A DNA stretch of 64,000 nucleotides, from positions 64,001-128,000 of the IMG/VR virus record IMGVR_UViG_3300032331_000527; one strand, 5' to 3'. The notes below the pieces were generated by a model. That model was not told the origin of the DNA. It saw only the letters and a list, made by a program, of their open reading frames with translations, and searched no databases. A program made the position numbers and the translations under genes. Shown here piece after piece: positions 56,386 to 64,000 of the stretch (its first letter is position 1; every line of letters starts with the position of its first letter). The stretch is from a virus.

Positions 56386-56870
56386 ACTTTAGCCTTCTTT
56401 GATTTAGCGGGCTTTGATTCCTCCACATCTGGAGCTTGCTCAACCCAGTGACCAGCAAGATTCGGAAACGCTTCCTTCACAGCTGAAATTCGAATGTTCA
56501 GCTTCTTGTTCTTCATTCGCAAAAGCAGTTCAGCATCGCGACGATCAATAGATTCCAAGACCTGAATGAAAAGAACTTCACGACGGAGTTGTGCTACCTC
56601 ACGGCCTTCATTACTATCAACGAAGTAGATAAGTTTGCGACACTCCGTATAGAAACGACCTTCCTGATCAGCAGAATCGGGAAGAGGAGTATAGGGCGGA
56701 TCACCAGCAGGGAGTAACCAAGTGCAACCTGGATCCAAACCATATCCAAGAACAGTCTTCAAAGCAGACGAGCTATGAAGCTTAAGAAAGTCAACTTGTC
56801 TTGCGTGCGTCGTTTGTGCTTCAATCTTAGCAATAATCTGAGCCAAACATTTACTTGTATCAATCGCCAT
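56382..56870 (-). CDS. Conserved T4-like phage hypothetical protein
   Basis: WLLPAGDPPY and RREVLFIQVLESI..DAELL. Confidence 0.7.
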   Translation of the reverse strand: MAIDTSKCLAQIIAKIEAQTTHARQVDFLKLHSSSALKTVLGYGLDPGCTWLLPAGDPPYTPLPDSADQEGRFYTECRKLIYFVDSNEGREVAQLRREVLFIQVLESIDRRDAELLLRMKNKKLNIRISAVKEAFPNLAGHWVEQAPDVEESKPAKSKKAKV

Positions 56871-57177
56871 CGTTATTCTCCGTAAGGGGTGATTCGTAGT
56901 CTATACTGTTTATGTAGGAAAATTTCTTGTCGTCATCCCACAACTTGAGATAATCATTATCTTCATTGAAAATCTTAAGATACTCATCACGACTGATTTC
57001 GTAGTGAGTAATGATAGGTGATGGTTCCAAGTGTTTCTGACTGAACTCATGGAACTCGAAATTTTGTTCTTGCATAATAACTTCGTCGAGCGCATGGTCA
57101 ATGTCGTCTTCTACTTCCACGACATAGCGCATACGATACTGAGAAAGCACTTCAACCATAACAAGCTTCTTAGTCAT
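56860..57177 (-). CDS. Conserved phage hypothetical protein
   Basis: SQYRMRYVVE and EFSQKHL. Confidence 0.6.
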   Translation of the reverse strand: MTKKLVMVEVLSQYRMRYVVEVEDDIDHALDEVIMQEQNFEFHEFSQKHLEPSPIITHYEISRDEYLKIFNEDNDYLKLWDDDKKFSYINSIDYESPLTENNDGD

Positions 57178-57587
57178 TAGATATCACCTTCCTTACGATT
57201 TTCGGAATAGAATGCATCGAACGTGCCGCCAGGATATCTAGCCTGAAGCTTATCCACGTTTCCTGCGATTACTTCATTCGGGTCAATCTGCAACGCATTA
57301 CACGCATTAGTCCAGTACCAAATCACATCACCGAGTTCCTTGATAAGATGCTGGCGAGTTTCCTCGGTGTATGGCTTGCCCTGAAACAAAACCTTCTTGA
57401 GGATTTCTTGGGCCTCGCCAGCTTCACTAGTCAAGCCAATCATTGCAGTCAGAAGCAATGGCACATTGATGACTGTATCCTTATCATAATGTATTTGCTT
57501 CACTCTGTCAAGAAATTCCGCACATACGCGACTCTCTTTGCTCGTTACAGCCATAACGAACTCAGCATACTTAGCCATATCAATCAT
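57177..57587 (-). CDS. mazG: MazG-like NTP pyrophosphohydrolase
   Basis: GLTSEAGE..EILKK, KELGDVIWY and NVDKLQARYP. Confidence 0.85.
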   Translation of the reverse strand: MIDMAKYAEFVMAVTSKESRVCAEFLDRVKQIHYDKDTVINVPLLLTAMIGLTSEAGEAQEILKKVLFQGKPYTEETRQHLIKELGDVIWYWTNACNALQIDPNEVIAGNVDKLQARYPGGTFDAFYSENRKEGDI

Positions 57588-57880
57588 TCTTCTAGTTCTC
57601 CTGTAGGGATAAGTATTTTTGTTACGTTCAACTCATCTAGATCGCGATGGACTATTGGAAGCGGAATCCACTCTGGCGAACCCTGACGCTTATATTGAAT
57701 CTCATGGCGAACCACATCCCATATCTGCTTTTCTGCCGTAGTCCAATCCCAATAGTTTACTGCACGAATGTCGATGATAGCGTTATCAAGTTTGGTCTTG
57801 AGAGTGCGAATCTCCTTTTCCATCGTAGCGAGTTCGCGCTCAATGCGACTTCTATCCCATGACCAACTATCATTCATCAC
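57584..57880 (-). CDS. Hypothetical protein
   Basis: 98-aa coupled ORF. Confidence 0.5.
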   Translation of the reverse strand: MMNDSWSWDRSRIERELATMEKEIRTLKTKLDNAIIDIRAVNYWDWTTAEKQIWDVVRHEIQYKRQGSPEWIPLPIVHRDLDELNVTKILIPTGELEE

Positions 57881-58584
57881 TTCACCACATATCGCTTATT
57901 GATTACACTTACATTTAGTTCTTTATGCGCAACTTCAAATTTATCATATCCAACCTTGAGCTGTTTCCAGAAATCCATATTAGGATTCTTTGAATGAGTG
58001 AACATATTGAATTCGTTCATACGGAATGGATACATATGAATCTGAATCATCTTTTGTCCTGCCTTCAAAGAATCACGAATCGCTGCAAAGAGATCTTGCA
58101 TAGGAACGTCTTTAATCGCAAAGCAACCAGAGCTGTCGCATCCGCCGTGAATCATAATGCTTCCACCTGTACGACCATGAGCGCGATCGTACTCATTAGG
58201 ATATCCTGTGTTGAATGAGAGATATCTAATGCTATTGAAATTGAGATTATCAAAAGCAGTGCTATAGAAACCCTCAGGTGACTGACGATCACCTAACTTC
58301 TTCTTAGGACCAAGCTCTCCGCTGTATGCACACACGCTAAACGTATGCACGAGCGCATACTCGCCAGACGCAGTCTTACGCCAGAATTCCAGTTCATTCG
58401 ATTCTTTGAAGATACGAATGAGCACTGGACTGTTCTTAGTAGCACCTACTCTCTCGCTAGCCTCAACCAGCGAGAGAGTCTGGGGAGCATGACCTTTTCT
58501 ACGATCAGTGAACTCGCCGTATTGAATTCCTTGCGCACATCCCGCGAGCGCGAGCATTGCGACACCAAGAAAGAGCTTTTTCAT
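57877..58584 (-). CDS. YkuD-family L,D-transpeptidase-like lipoprotein (YafK/DpaA-like)
   Basis: LAGC lipobox; RIFKES, GDRQSPEGFY and IMIHGGCDSSGC (catalytic His/Cys). Confidence 0.88.
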   Translation of the reverse strand: MKKLFLGVAMLALAGCAQGIQYGEFTDRRKGHAPQTLSLVEASERVGATKNSPVLIRIFKESNELEFWRKTASGEYALVHTFSVCAYSGELGPKKKLGDRQSPEGFYSTAFDNLNFNSIRYLSFNTGYPNEYDRAHGRTGGSIMIHGGCDSSGCFAIKDVPMQDLFAAIRDSLKAGQKMIQIHMYPFRMNEFNMFTHSKNPNMDFWKQLKVGYDKFEVAHKELNVSVINKRYVVK

Positions 58585-58585
58585 A

Positions 58586-59449
58586 TTAGAATTCCGAGAT
58601 AGATTCTGTTAAGTTGCGCAGCCGATACTTGATGAAGTAATTCAAGATCTTGCTCCGTGGATTACGCTCATACTTATCAAACTCTTCTACGATTTCTTTC
58701 TGAAGTTCATCAGGAACCAAGTCCAGATCAACCATCATCTTGTTTCTATTATAGTTTCTAAGCATCTCTGGAGTGCAATATGCTTCTGGCATCATAAGAG
58801 TCCACTCTTCGAGCTTCTTCTTAGGGAGAGGCTTCTGTCGTTTACCCGCTACGATAAACGTGTCGTCTTCGGAAAGGAAATTAGGTACACCGTCACCGCT
58901 GTCTCCTTGCAAGATATGATATTCTTTGAATCTTGCAGGATTGACGTCGGGCGCAATGAACTTCTTAGCGATGGGGGAATACTGCGTAATGTTTCCAAAC
59001 AGCTGGAGCTGCATGAAATCCTTATCGCCAGAGATGATGAGAATCTTCTCAGCTGTGTTCAGGAACGAACCATTAGCGTTACAGATAGAACCGATAATGT
59101 CGTCGGCCTCAGCACGATCGAAGCACAACACGGGATAAGGCATGTTGTCGCGAATCTCCTCGCGAATCTTGTGCAAGGATACAAAGATAGTCTTCCAGTC
59201 GTGATCGGAATTGGCTCGCGCTTTCTTGCGATTAGCCTTGTAATGAGGAAACACTTCACGACGCCAATAAGAAGGACCGTCGCAGCATATTACAAGCTCG
59301 CCATACTCTTTGCCAAACTTCTGCTTGTACATGCGAAAGCTCGACAGAACCATATGGCGGACCGTATCTTCGTCGAGCTTCTGTTCATTATTTGATAGCT
59401 GCATCATGATATTTGAAATCATGACTTGGCTGAAATCCACGAGTATCAT
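58586..59449 (-). CDS. rnh: T4 RNase H (5'-3' exo/flap nuclease)
   Basis: YKANRK, EADDIIG, SGDKDFMQL and GDSGDGVPN motifs. Confidence 0.93.
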   Translation of the reverse strand: MILVDFSQVMISNIMMQLSNNEQKLDEDTVRHMVLSSFRMYKQKFGKEYGELVICCDGPSYWRREVFPHYKANRKKARANSDHDWKTIFVSLHKIREEIRDNMPYPVLCFDRAEADDIIGSICNANGSFLNTAEKILIISGDKDFMQLQLFGNITQYSPIAKKFIAPDVNPARFKEYHILQGDSGDGVPNFLSEDDTFIVAGKRQKPLPKKKLEEWTLMMPEAYCTPEMLRNYNRNKMMVDLDLVPDELQKEIVEEFDKYERNPRSKILNYFIKYRLRNLTESISEF

Positions 59450-59472
59450 ATCAACTCTCCATTCATATTAAC

Positions 59473-59501
59473 ATTATATCAGGTCGTGGATAGGTTGTCA
59501 A
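59473..59501 (-). promoter_or_regulatory. sigma70-type promoter for rnh
   Basis: TTGACA-17-TATAAT. Confidence 0.8.
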
Positions 59502-59869
59502 GCCGGATCGTAGTCATCATCATCTATATTGTCGTTCTTGGCTAGAGTCTGGACAGTAGCCTCGACGATTTCTTGAAAGGGATGATGGAGTCCCATAGTC
59601 ATAAGCAGCGTAGAACGTAGTGCTTCAATGGCAAAGCCAAAGTGTTTGTCGAACTGCTTATCAAAGATATCAAAGCCCTGCTGTGCAAGCTTGTTTGCAA
59701 TATGATTAGCATAGGCTTCAGCGACCTCATCGACGTATGCTCTACGAGTCGTTTCCCTAACAGCTTTGTCTTCTACTGGGGGAACGACTCGTAGATTTCG
59801 CTTCGGAAACCGAACGACGTTGTTATTTGACTGCCCTGAGGATGATGGTATATTCGTTGATTCGTCCAT
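59498..59869 (-). CDS. Hypothetical protein
   Basis: NVVRFP...EALRS...HPFQ; start reassigned to ATG 59869. Confidence 0.6.
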   Translation of the reverse strand: MDESTNIPSSSGQSNNNVVRFPKRNLRVVPPVEDKAVRETTRRAYVDEVAEAYANHIANKLAQQGFDIFDKQFDKHFGFAIEALRSTLLMTMGLHHPFQEIVEATVQTLAKNDNIDDDDYDPA

Positions 59870-60959
59870 TCGGAATGGCGTCCTTAGTCTTAATCGCTTC
59901 GAAGCTGCGTTCGGCACTCTTTGAGGTGCTGGTTGTGATGTTGGGTAGAGATTCAGCTGGCTTACGCAGCTTCTTCTGCTTAGATGCTTCACCAAAGTTC
60001 TGGAGAGTAGTACCCTTCAGCGAAAGTCCGCCTTCATTGGAAACATAATGAGCAAGGACGTTGTATTTAGTATTGAATGTCCAAAGCTCTGTAGCCCCAA
60101 CAAGCTTGGAAGGATCGATACTCGCGATCTTGAGAGTAGTATCTTCCTTCTGGAACTTGATCTTAGACACAAGCTTCTCAGCAGACTTAGGCTTTGTTTT
60201 GCGCGGCTTCGCATTGGTGACTTTGCGACTATTAGAAACGATAGATTCGCAGTCGCTGATGATGCCAGAGAAAATAGCAATGCGTTCCTTGAACTTCTTT
60301 TTTGTGAAGTGACGATACGCATACTTCAGATCTGGATCTTTAGTCTTTTCTGCTTCCTGCAACTCAGCAAGAGTTGGCTTATAGTAGTCAGCGATCGCCC
60401 TAGCCGCAGCAGGCTTCACTTGACGTGTGTCTTTCAGCCATGAGTAGAATCCCTCTATCAAGACAGGACTATCCTTGTCAAGCATCTCTTCGATGTCGCC
60501 GATGAGATTGCTGGCGGGATTCTTAGGAATCGTCACAACAAGCGCAGCAGCTTTCTCAGCCTTCTCAATCTCGATACCATTCTCTACGAGCTTGACTAGA
60601 TGATCGTTCAGCTTTTTTGTAAGCTCTTCGGATTCTAAGCCCATAGAAAGCATGCGTGCTGTGTTACACATGCTGGCGTTGAGCTTGTTATCCGAATTAC
60701 GATTCACCATAGCAATGGCAGCCTTAGACATACCCTGCTCAGTCATATAGGCTAGGATATTCTCGCGAGCTGTTTTGACTTCGTGAAAATAGTTGTACCA
60801 GTTGTAGGCGAAGCCAATCTTGGAACTGATCTCACTTTCACTTAAGAAAGCTTGATCGTCCCAAGTTGGTTCTTCGCCCCAATACTTGGCGTCAAGACCG
60901 CGAGGCGTGAAGACACGCTTCTTCTTGATCACGCCCGTCTTTAAGAGATTCTTTGCCAT
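59823..60959 (-). CDS. Conserved T4-like phage hypothetical protein
   Basis: AYNWYNY, LWTFNTK, KKLRKP and NGRINE motifs; has its own promoter. Confidence 0.7.
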   Translation of the reverse strand: MAKNLLKTGVIKKKRVFTPRGLDAKYWGEEPTWDDQAFLSESEISSKIGFAYNWYNYFHEVKTARENILAYMTEQGMSKAAIAMVNRNSDNKLNASMCNTARMLSMGLESEELTKKLNDHLVKLVENGIEIEKAEKAAALVVTIPKNPASNLIGDIEEMLDKDSPVLIEGFYSWLKDTRQVKPAAARAIADYYKPTLAELQEAEKTKDPDLKYAYRHFTKKKFKERIAIFSGIISDCESIVSNSRKVTNAKPRKTKPKSAEKLVSKIKFQKEDTTLKIASIDPSKLVGATELWTFNTKYNVLAHYVSNEGGLSLKGTTLQNFGEASKQKKLRKPAESLPNITTSTSKSAERSFEAIKTKDAIPNGRINEYTIILRAVK

Positions 60960-60982
60960 GAGGATATCCTTTCACTATGAAC

Positions 60983-61011
60983 ATTATATCATAGCGGCTT
61001 TCAAATGTCAA
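60983..61011 (-). promoter_or_regulatory. sigma70-type promoter
   Basis: TTGACA-17-TATAAT. Confidence 0.8.
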
Positions 61012-62006
61012 GGCTTGTTTTTTATAGAGAATAGGAAGTCTTTCCATTGAGCAGCCCTCATATCCCAATTATAGAAATTGTCAAAGTAGGCCTTTTGGAA
61101 GCCCAATCGTTGCTGATTGAATTCTACCCAATATTCGCTGATGATCATGCTAAGAATTCCAGCGAACATATTGGCGTGATTGTTGTTGTTCTCGGTCCAT
61201 CCATACATAACGGCAAAGTTGGCACACGTTTCGGGGAGAGCAGCAAGTGTTGGGCAAATCACGTTACAGCCAGCGCTCATAGCCTCAAGAACTGAGATTC
61301 CACTCGTCTCTGGCCAAATGCTAGGATAGACATACACATGGGCTTTCTTAAGAGCTTCTCGAATGACTTCATTGGGCTGATAGCCATGGTACGTCATCTT
61401 TGGATGCTTCTTAATACGATCGAAGAGTTGGAGATATGGCTCATCGCGAGCAGGCCATCCGTAGATAGCGAACGATGAGTAGACATCAAGATGGAAATCC
61501 AAGCCCTTATCTGCGAGGAACTCGATGACAGGAATCAAAATCTCTAAGCCACGATGTGGCGTTGTATGGTAGATAAGATTGATAGTTCCCTTTGGCTTTG
61601 AGTGTTCCTCGAAAGGAACGATAGCATTCTGCAGAACGATACCCTTATCATACGGAACACCAAGGCCGATGTTGAATGTAGCCTGCTGATAATGAGAAAC
61701 GAAAACGAGCTTCTCAAAACGATCCAAGCTTTCCTTCTTCTTAAGATGTTCGGACTCTGGATCATCCCAAGTATCATGAAGCCAAAGAATGTTCTTCTTC
61801 GTCTTGCTAATATTCTCATCACGCACGCGAGAGCAAATGATATTGAACTCGTTCGTAAGCTCTTTAGGAAGACGAGCCATCAGTCCTTCGTACATCTGCT
61901 CAGTTCCACCCTTAGAACCAATATGAGCATATGTACCATTATTCGCAGGTTCAATATGAGCTTGAGTAGAAGACTCTTTGAGTCCAGTGATATTCAGTTT
62001 AGTCAT
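61008..62006 (-). CDS. GT-B (GT4/group 1) glycosyltransferase
   Basis: GGTE, WLHD, PHRGL and YPSIWPETSGISVLEAMSAG (Ex7E). Confidence 0.88.
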   Translation of the reverse strand: MTKLNITGLKESSTQAHIEPANNGTYAHIGSKGGTEQMYEGLMARLPKELTNEFNIICSRVRDENISKTKKNILWLHDTWDDPESEHLKKKESLDRFEKLVFVSHYQQATFNIGLGVPYDKGIVLQNAIVPFEEHSKPKGTINLIYHTTPHRGLEILIPVIEFLADKGLDFHLDVYSSFAIYGWPARDEPYLQLFDRIKKHPKMTYHGYQPNEVIREALKKAHVYVYPSIWPETSGISVLEAMSAGCNVICPTLAALPETCANFAVMYGWTENNNNHANMFAGILSMIISEYWVEFNQQRLGFQKAYFDNFYNWDMRAAQWKDFLFSIKNKP

Positions 62007-62286
62007 TATCTTTCTCCATAGATATTACAGAATCAATTCGAAAAGAGCGCCAACCCTTTGCTTCAATATCCCATACAGCAAGAACATCAAGATTCTCTGC
62101 AGTTGTAGGCGGAGTAGGAGAATCCCACCAAGGCCTAGATGCAGTCTCTATCTTTGCTGGAGGAAGATACTTCTCATTCAATGAGCAACGCATTTCGCGT
62201 AGAGTACCGTCCTTCTTGGTAAACTCAACCAAGATAACGCCTTCGAGAGCAGCTTCACGAATCTGTTCTTTATTATATAGCATCAC
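61999..62286 (-). CDS. WYL-like SH3/Sm-fold protein
   Basis: FTKKDGTLREMRCSL and VWDIEAKGWRSFRIDSV. Confidence 0.75.
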   Translation of the reverse strand: MMLYNKEQIREAALEGVILVEFTKKDGTLREMRCSLNEKYLPPAKIETASRPWWDSPTPPTTAENLDVLAVWDIEAKGWRSFRIDSVISMEKDND

Positions 62287-62678
62287 ACTTTCCTTCCGAG
62301 AAATTTAGCATCAGTTCCATCAGTGATATATTGAGTCGCACCTTTGTTATACGCAGGAGCAACACGCATTGCCTTCTCTTCGATAGCCTTCACAGTAGCA
62401 GCAGACTCTTGACGATCACGTTTCCACTTATGGTCATTGAGAACGTCACGCTTGGCAGCAATCCCGCCAGGAATGGTATTGGACATTGGTGCTGCCTTAG
62501 ATTCTACTGCAAGACTATAGGTAAACTTCTTAGGACTAGTCTTAGTCCCTTTGAAGTATCCTACCTTCTCGAGTAGTTCATTCGTCTTACGTTGAGCTTC
62601 AATCATACCCTGTGTGGGTGTACGAGCCTTACGCTTACGCATATTGTTGCTGGTGTAGTAGATTGGTAGAATAGCCAT
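62283..62678 (-). CDS. Conserved basic phage protein
   Basis: VAPAYNKGATQYI motif; has its own promoter; start reassigned to ATG 62678. Confidence 0.65.
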   Translation of the reverse strand: MAILPIYYTSNNMRKRKARTPTQGMIEAQRKTNELLEKVGYFKGTKTSPKKFTYSLAVESKAAPMSNTIPGGIAAKRDVLNDHKWKRDRQESAATVKAIEEKAMRVAPAYNKGATQYITDGTDAKFLGRKV

Positions 62679-62702
62679 AACTGACCCCTTATCACATTTA
62701 GT

Positions 62703-62731
62703 ATTATATGGTGAAAGGAGCCAGTTGTCAA
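62703..62731 (-). promoter_or_regulatory. sigma70-type promoter
   Basis: TTGACA-17-TATAAT. Confidence 0.8.
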
Positions 62732-64000
62732 GACGTAAAATCCGCCAAGACTGTCTTTTTGTAATTTTGAAGCAGTCTGCCTGTTTTTTCCATATAAAGC
62801 AGATCACGTTTCTTAAAGCCTTTTCTAGCCATCAAGGCTACTTCTTCAGGTGTGTGCCCAAAATTGCATACCTGTGGTATGTTGTGGGCTGTAATGAAGG
62901 TCTTGAATTTATTGAAATCGTTGAATCCGGCTACGAGTTTATCCATCGCGACAGAATTGTGCCAAGGACTGATCCATAAGCCACTATCCCCTTTCGCTAT
63001 CTTATAGTCTTTGAATGGACCAGATCTAGCCTTATTGATCTCATTCTTTTCATCTTGACCGTCGTTGACGTGCAATTTGCTCCACTTGTATGTGTCTATG
63101 AGATGTTGTCCTTCGTCTGACCAAATGAATTCCTGAGTCGCTATCATTTGATCCTCAGTCTCTGAAGGGAGTCCTGCGATCCACATCGTGGATATGATAG
63201 CGTTATCTTTCCAAGATTCTCGACACATGTGTAGGATATCAACGAGTCTGTTCTTGTCTGTCATCTTTCCGATATATTTTCCAACGGAAGGTGTGAACGA
63301 TTCAACACCCATGAGAGCACCTACCATTCCGGAATCTCTCAATAGATCTGCTTGTTGTTTGTTTTTGATTGTGTCCAAACGAACATATCCAGCCCAACGA
63401 ATATCAATCCCAGTTTCATCGCGTATGCGTATGAGCCATTTCATTTTTTCTTGATAGTCGTTCGAGATGTTATCTGTTAGATTATACATCCTTGTGCCAA
63501 AATTTTCATAGTTGCTCACGAACTCGCGCTTGAGCGAATCGAAGTCGCGCACATATTCATGCTTCTTTTTACCCAAAGAACCAAATGCACAGAAGTGACA
63601 ACTGAAGATACAACCAGCAGCCATCTCAATCGAAAGACTCTCTTGTGGATTAATATAGTCTTCCTTTGTAGGAGCAGTAGAAATGTCGCTGTAATCAGTT
63701 GTTGGTGGCGCATTAATTATCTTTGTGCTTTTCCATTTTGATTCATAATCGATAATTGGTTGTGCGCCGTTACCAAACACAAACGAGTCTACATATTTTT
63801 CTAGTAAATCGAATCCCCATCTTTTGTATCGACCGGCTCTGTCGAACTTATCGTTATTGATTTCCCATCCACCCATGATAACAATGCATCCAACGGATTT
63901 CGCTTTGATGCACAAGAAAAGTAATTTCTTGAAAACATCAACTCCGCTTTCGGAAACACCCCATGTATGATTCGTTGGATTTTCATTCTGATTATGTTCT
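62728..64000 (-). CDS. Radical SAM protein, class B/B12-type-like (5' end outside the window)
   Basis: GCIFSCHFC (CxxxCxxC), GVESF and IAGLPSET; the frame stays open to the window edge. Confidence 0.85.
   Translation of the reverse strand, partial: EHNQNENPTNHTWGVSESGVDVFKKLLFLCIKAKSVGCIVIMGGWEINNDKFDRAGRYKRWGFDLLEKYVDSFVFGNGAQPIIDYESKWKSTKIINAPPTTDYSDISTAPTKEDYINPQESLSIEMAAGCIFSCHFCAFGSLGKKKHEYVRDFDSLKREFVSNYENFGTRMYNLTDNISNDYQEKMKWLIRIRDETGIDIRWAGYVRLDTIKNKQQADLLRDSGMVGALMGVESFTPSVGKYIGKMTDKNRLVDILHMCRESWKDNAIISTMWIAGLPSETEDQMIATQEFIWSDEGQHLIDTYKWSKLHVNDGQDEKNEINKARSGPFKDYKIAKGDSGLWISPWHNSVAMDKLVAGFNDFNKFKTFITAHNIPQVCNFGHTPEEVALMARKGFKKRDLLYMEKTGRLLQNYKKTVLADFTS

Noticed and set aside
63801-63986. 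Frameshift or separate gene at the radical SAM 5' end
   Set aside because: The radical SAM frame is open to the window edge; the 61-aa ORF is an alternative frame.
1-64000. Stop-codon reassignment, introns, inteins, a diversity-generating retroelement or an integrase
   Set aside because: Core genes are full length in the standard code and TAA, TAG and TGA all end genes. The tRNA is not a suppressor. I saw no reverse transcriptase, homing endonuclease, intein or recombinase motifs.

Overview
A 64 kb piece of a large T4-like myophage genome (cyanophage/pelagiphage-style gene order) read in the standard genetic code. The host is most likely an alphaproteobacterium, because the phage carries a circularly permuted two-piece tmRNA with an ANDN...AA tag. 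1.2-33 kb is the tail fibre, baseplate and tail module: gp38-like adhesin, fibre, DUF4815/VrlC-like protein, gp8, gp7, gp6, gp25, a gp5 split across separate ORFs, gp27-like, gp53, gp48, gp4, gp2, gp54, gp26, gp51 and tape-measure-like proteins, one with three peptidoglycan hydrolase domains. 33-64 kb holds replication and transcription genes (gp32, gp59, gp33, rnh, dNMP kinase, thyX), tRNA-Gln, the tmRNA, auxiliary genes (kdsA, phoH, BI-1/YccA, L,D-transpeptidase, MazG, glycosyltransferases, radical SAM) and many small genes behind consensus sigma70 promoters. The strongest candidate system is a TET/JBP dioxygenase + sugar nucleotidyltransferase-kinase + HAD phosphatase + glycosyltransferase DNA-hypermodification operon. 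It lies next to a ~2.25 kb stretch with no GATC (frequent on both flanks) that contains four promoters of a distinct class. Other notable signals are a U8 slippery site that could fuse gp26 to gp51 (lambda G/GT-like), an orphan antisense promoter in the gp5-gp25 region, and a hairpin with an anti-Shine-Dalgarno loop after gp32. All family calls come from motif recognition by eye and all counts were done by hand; no searches were run.
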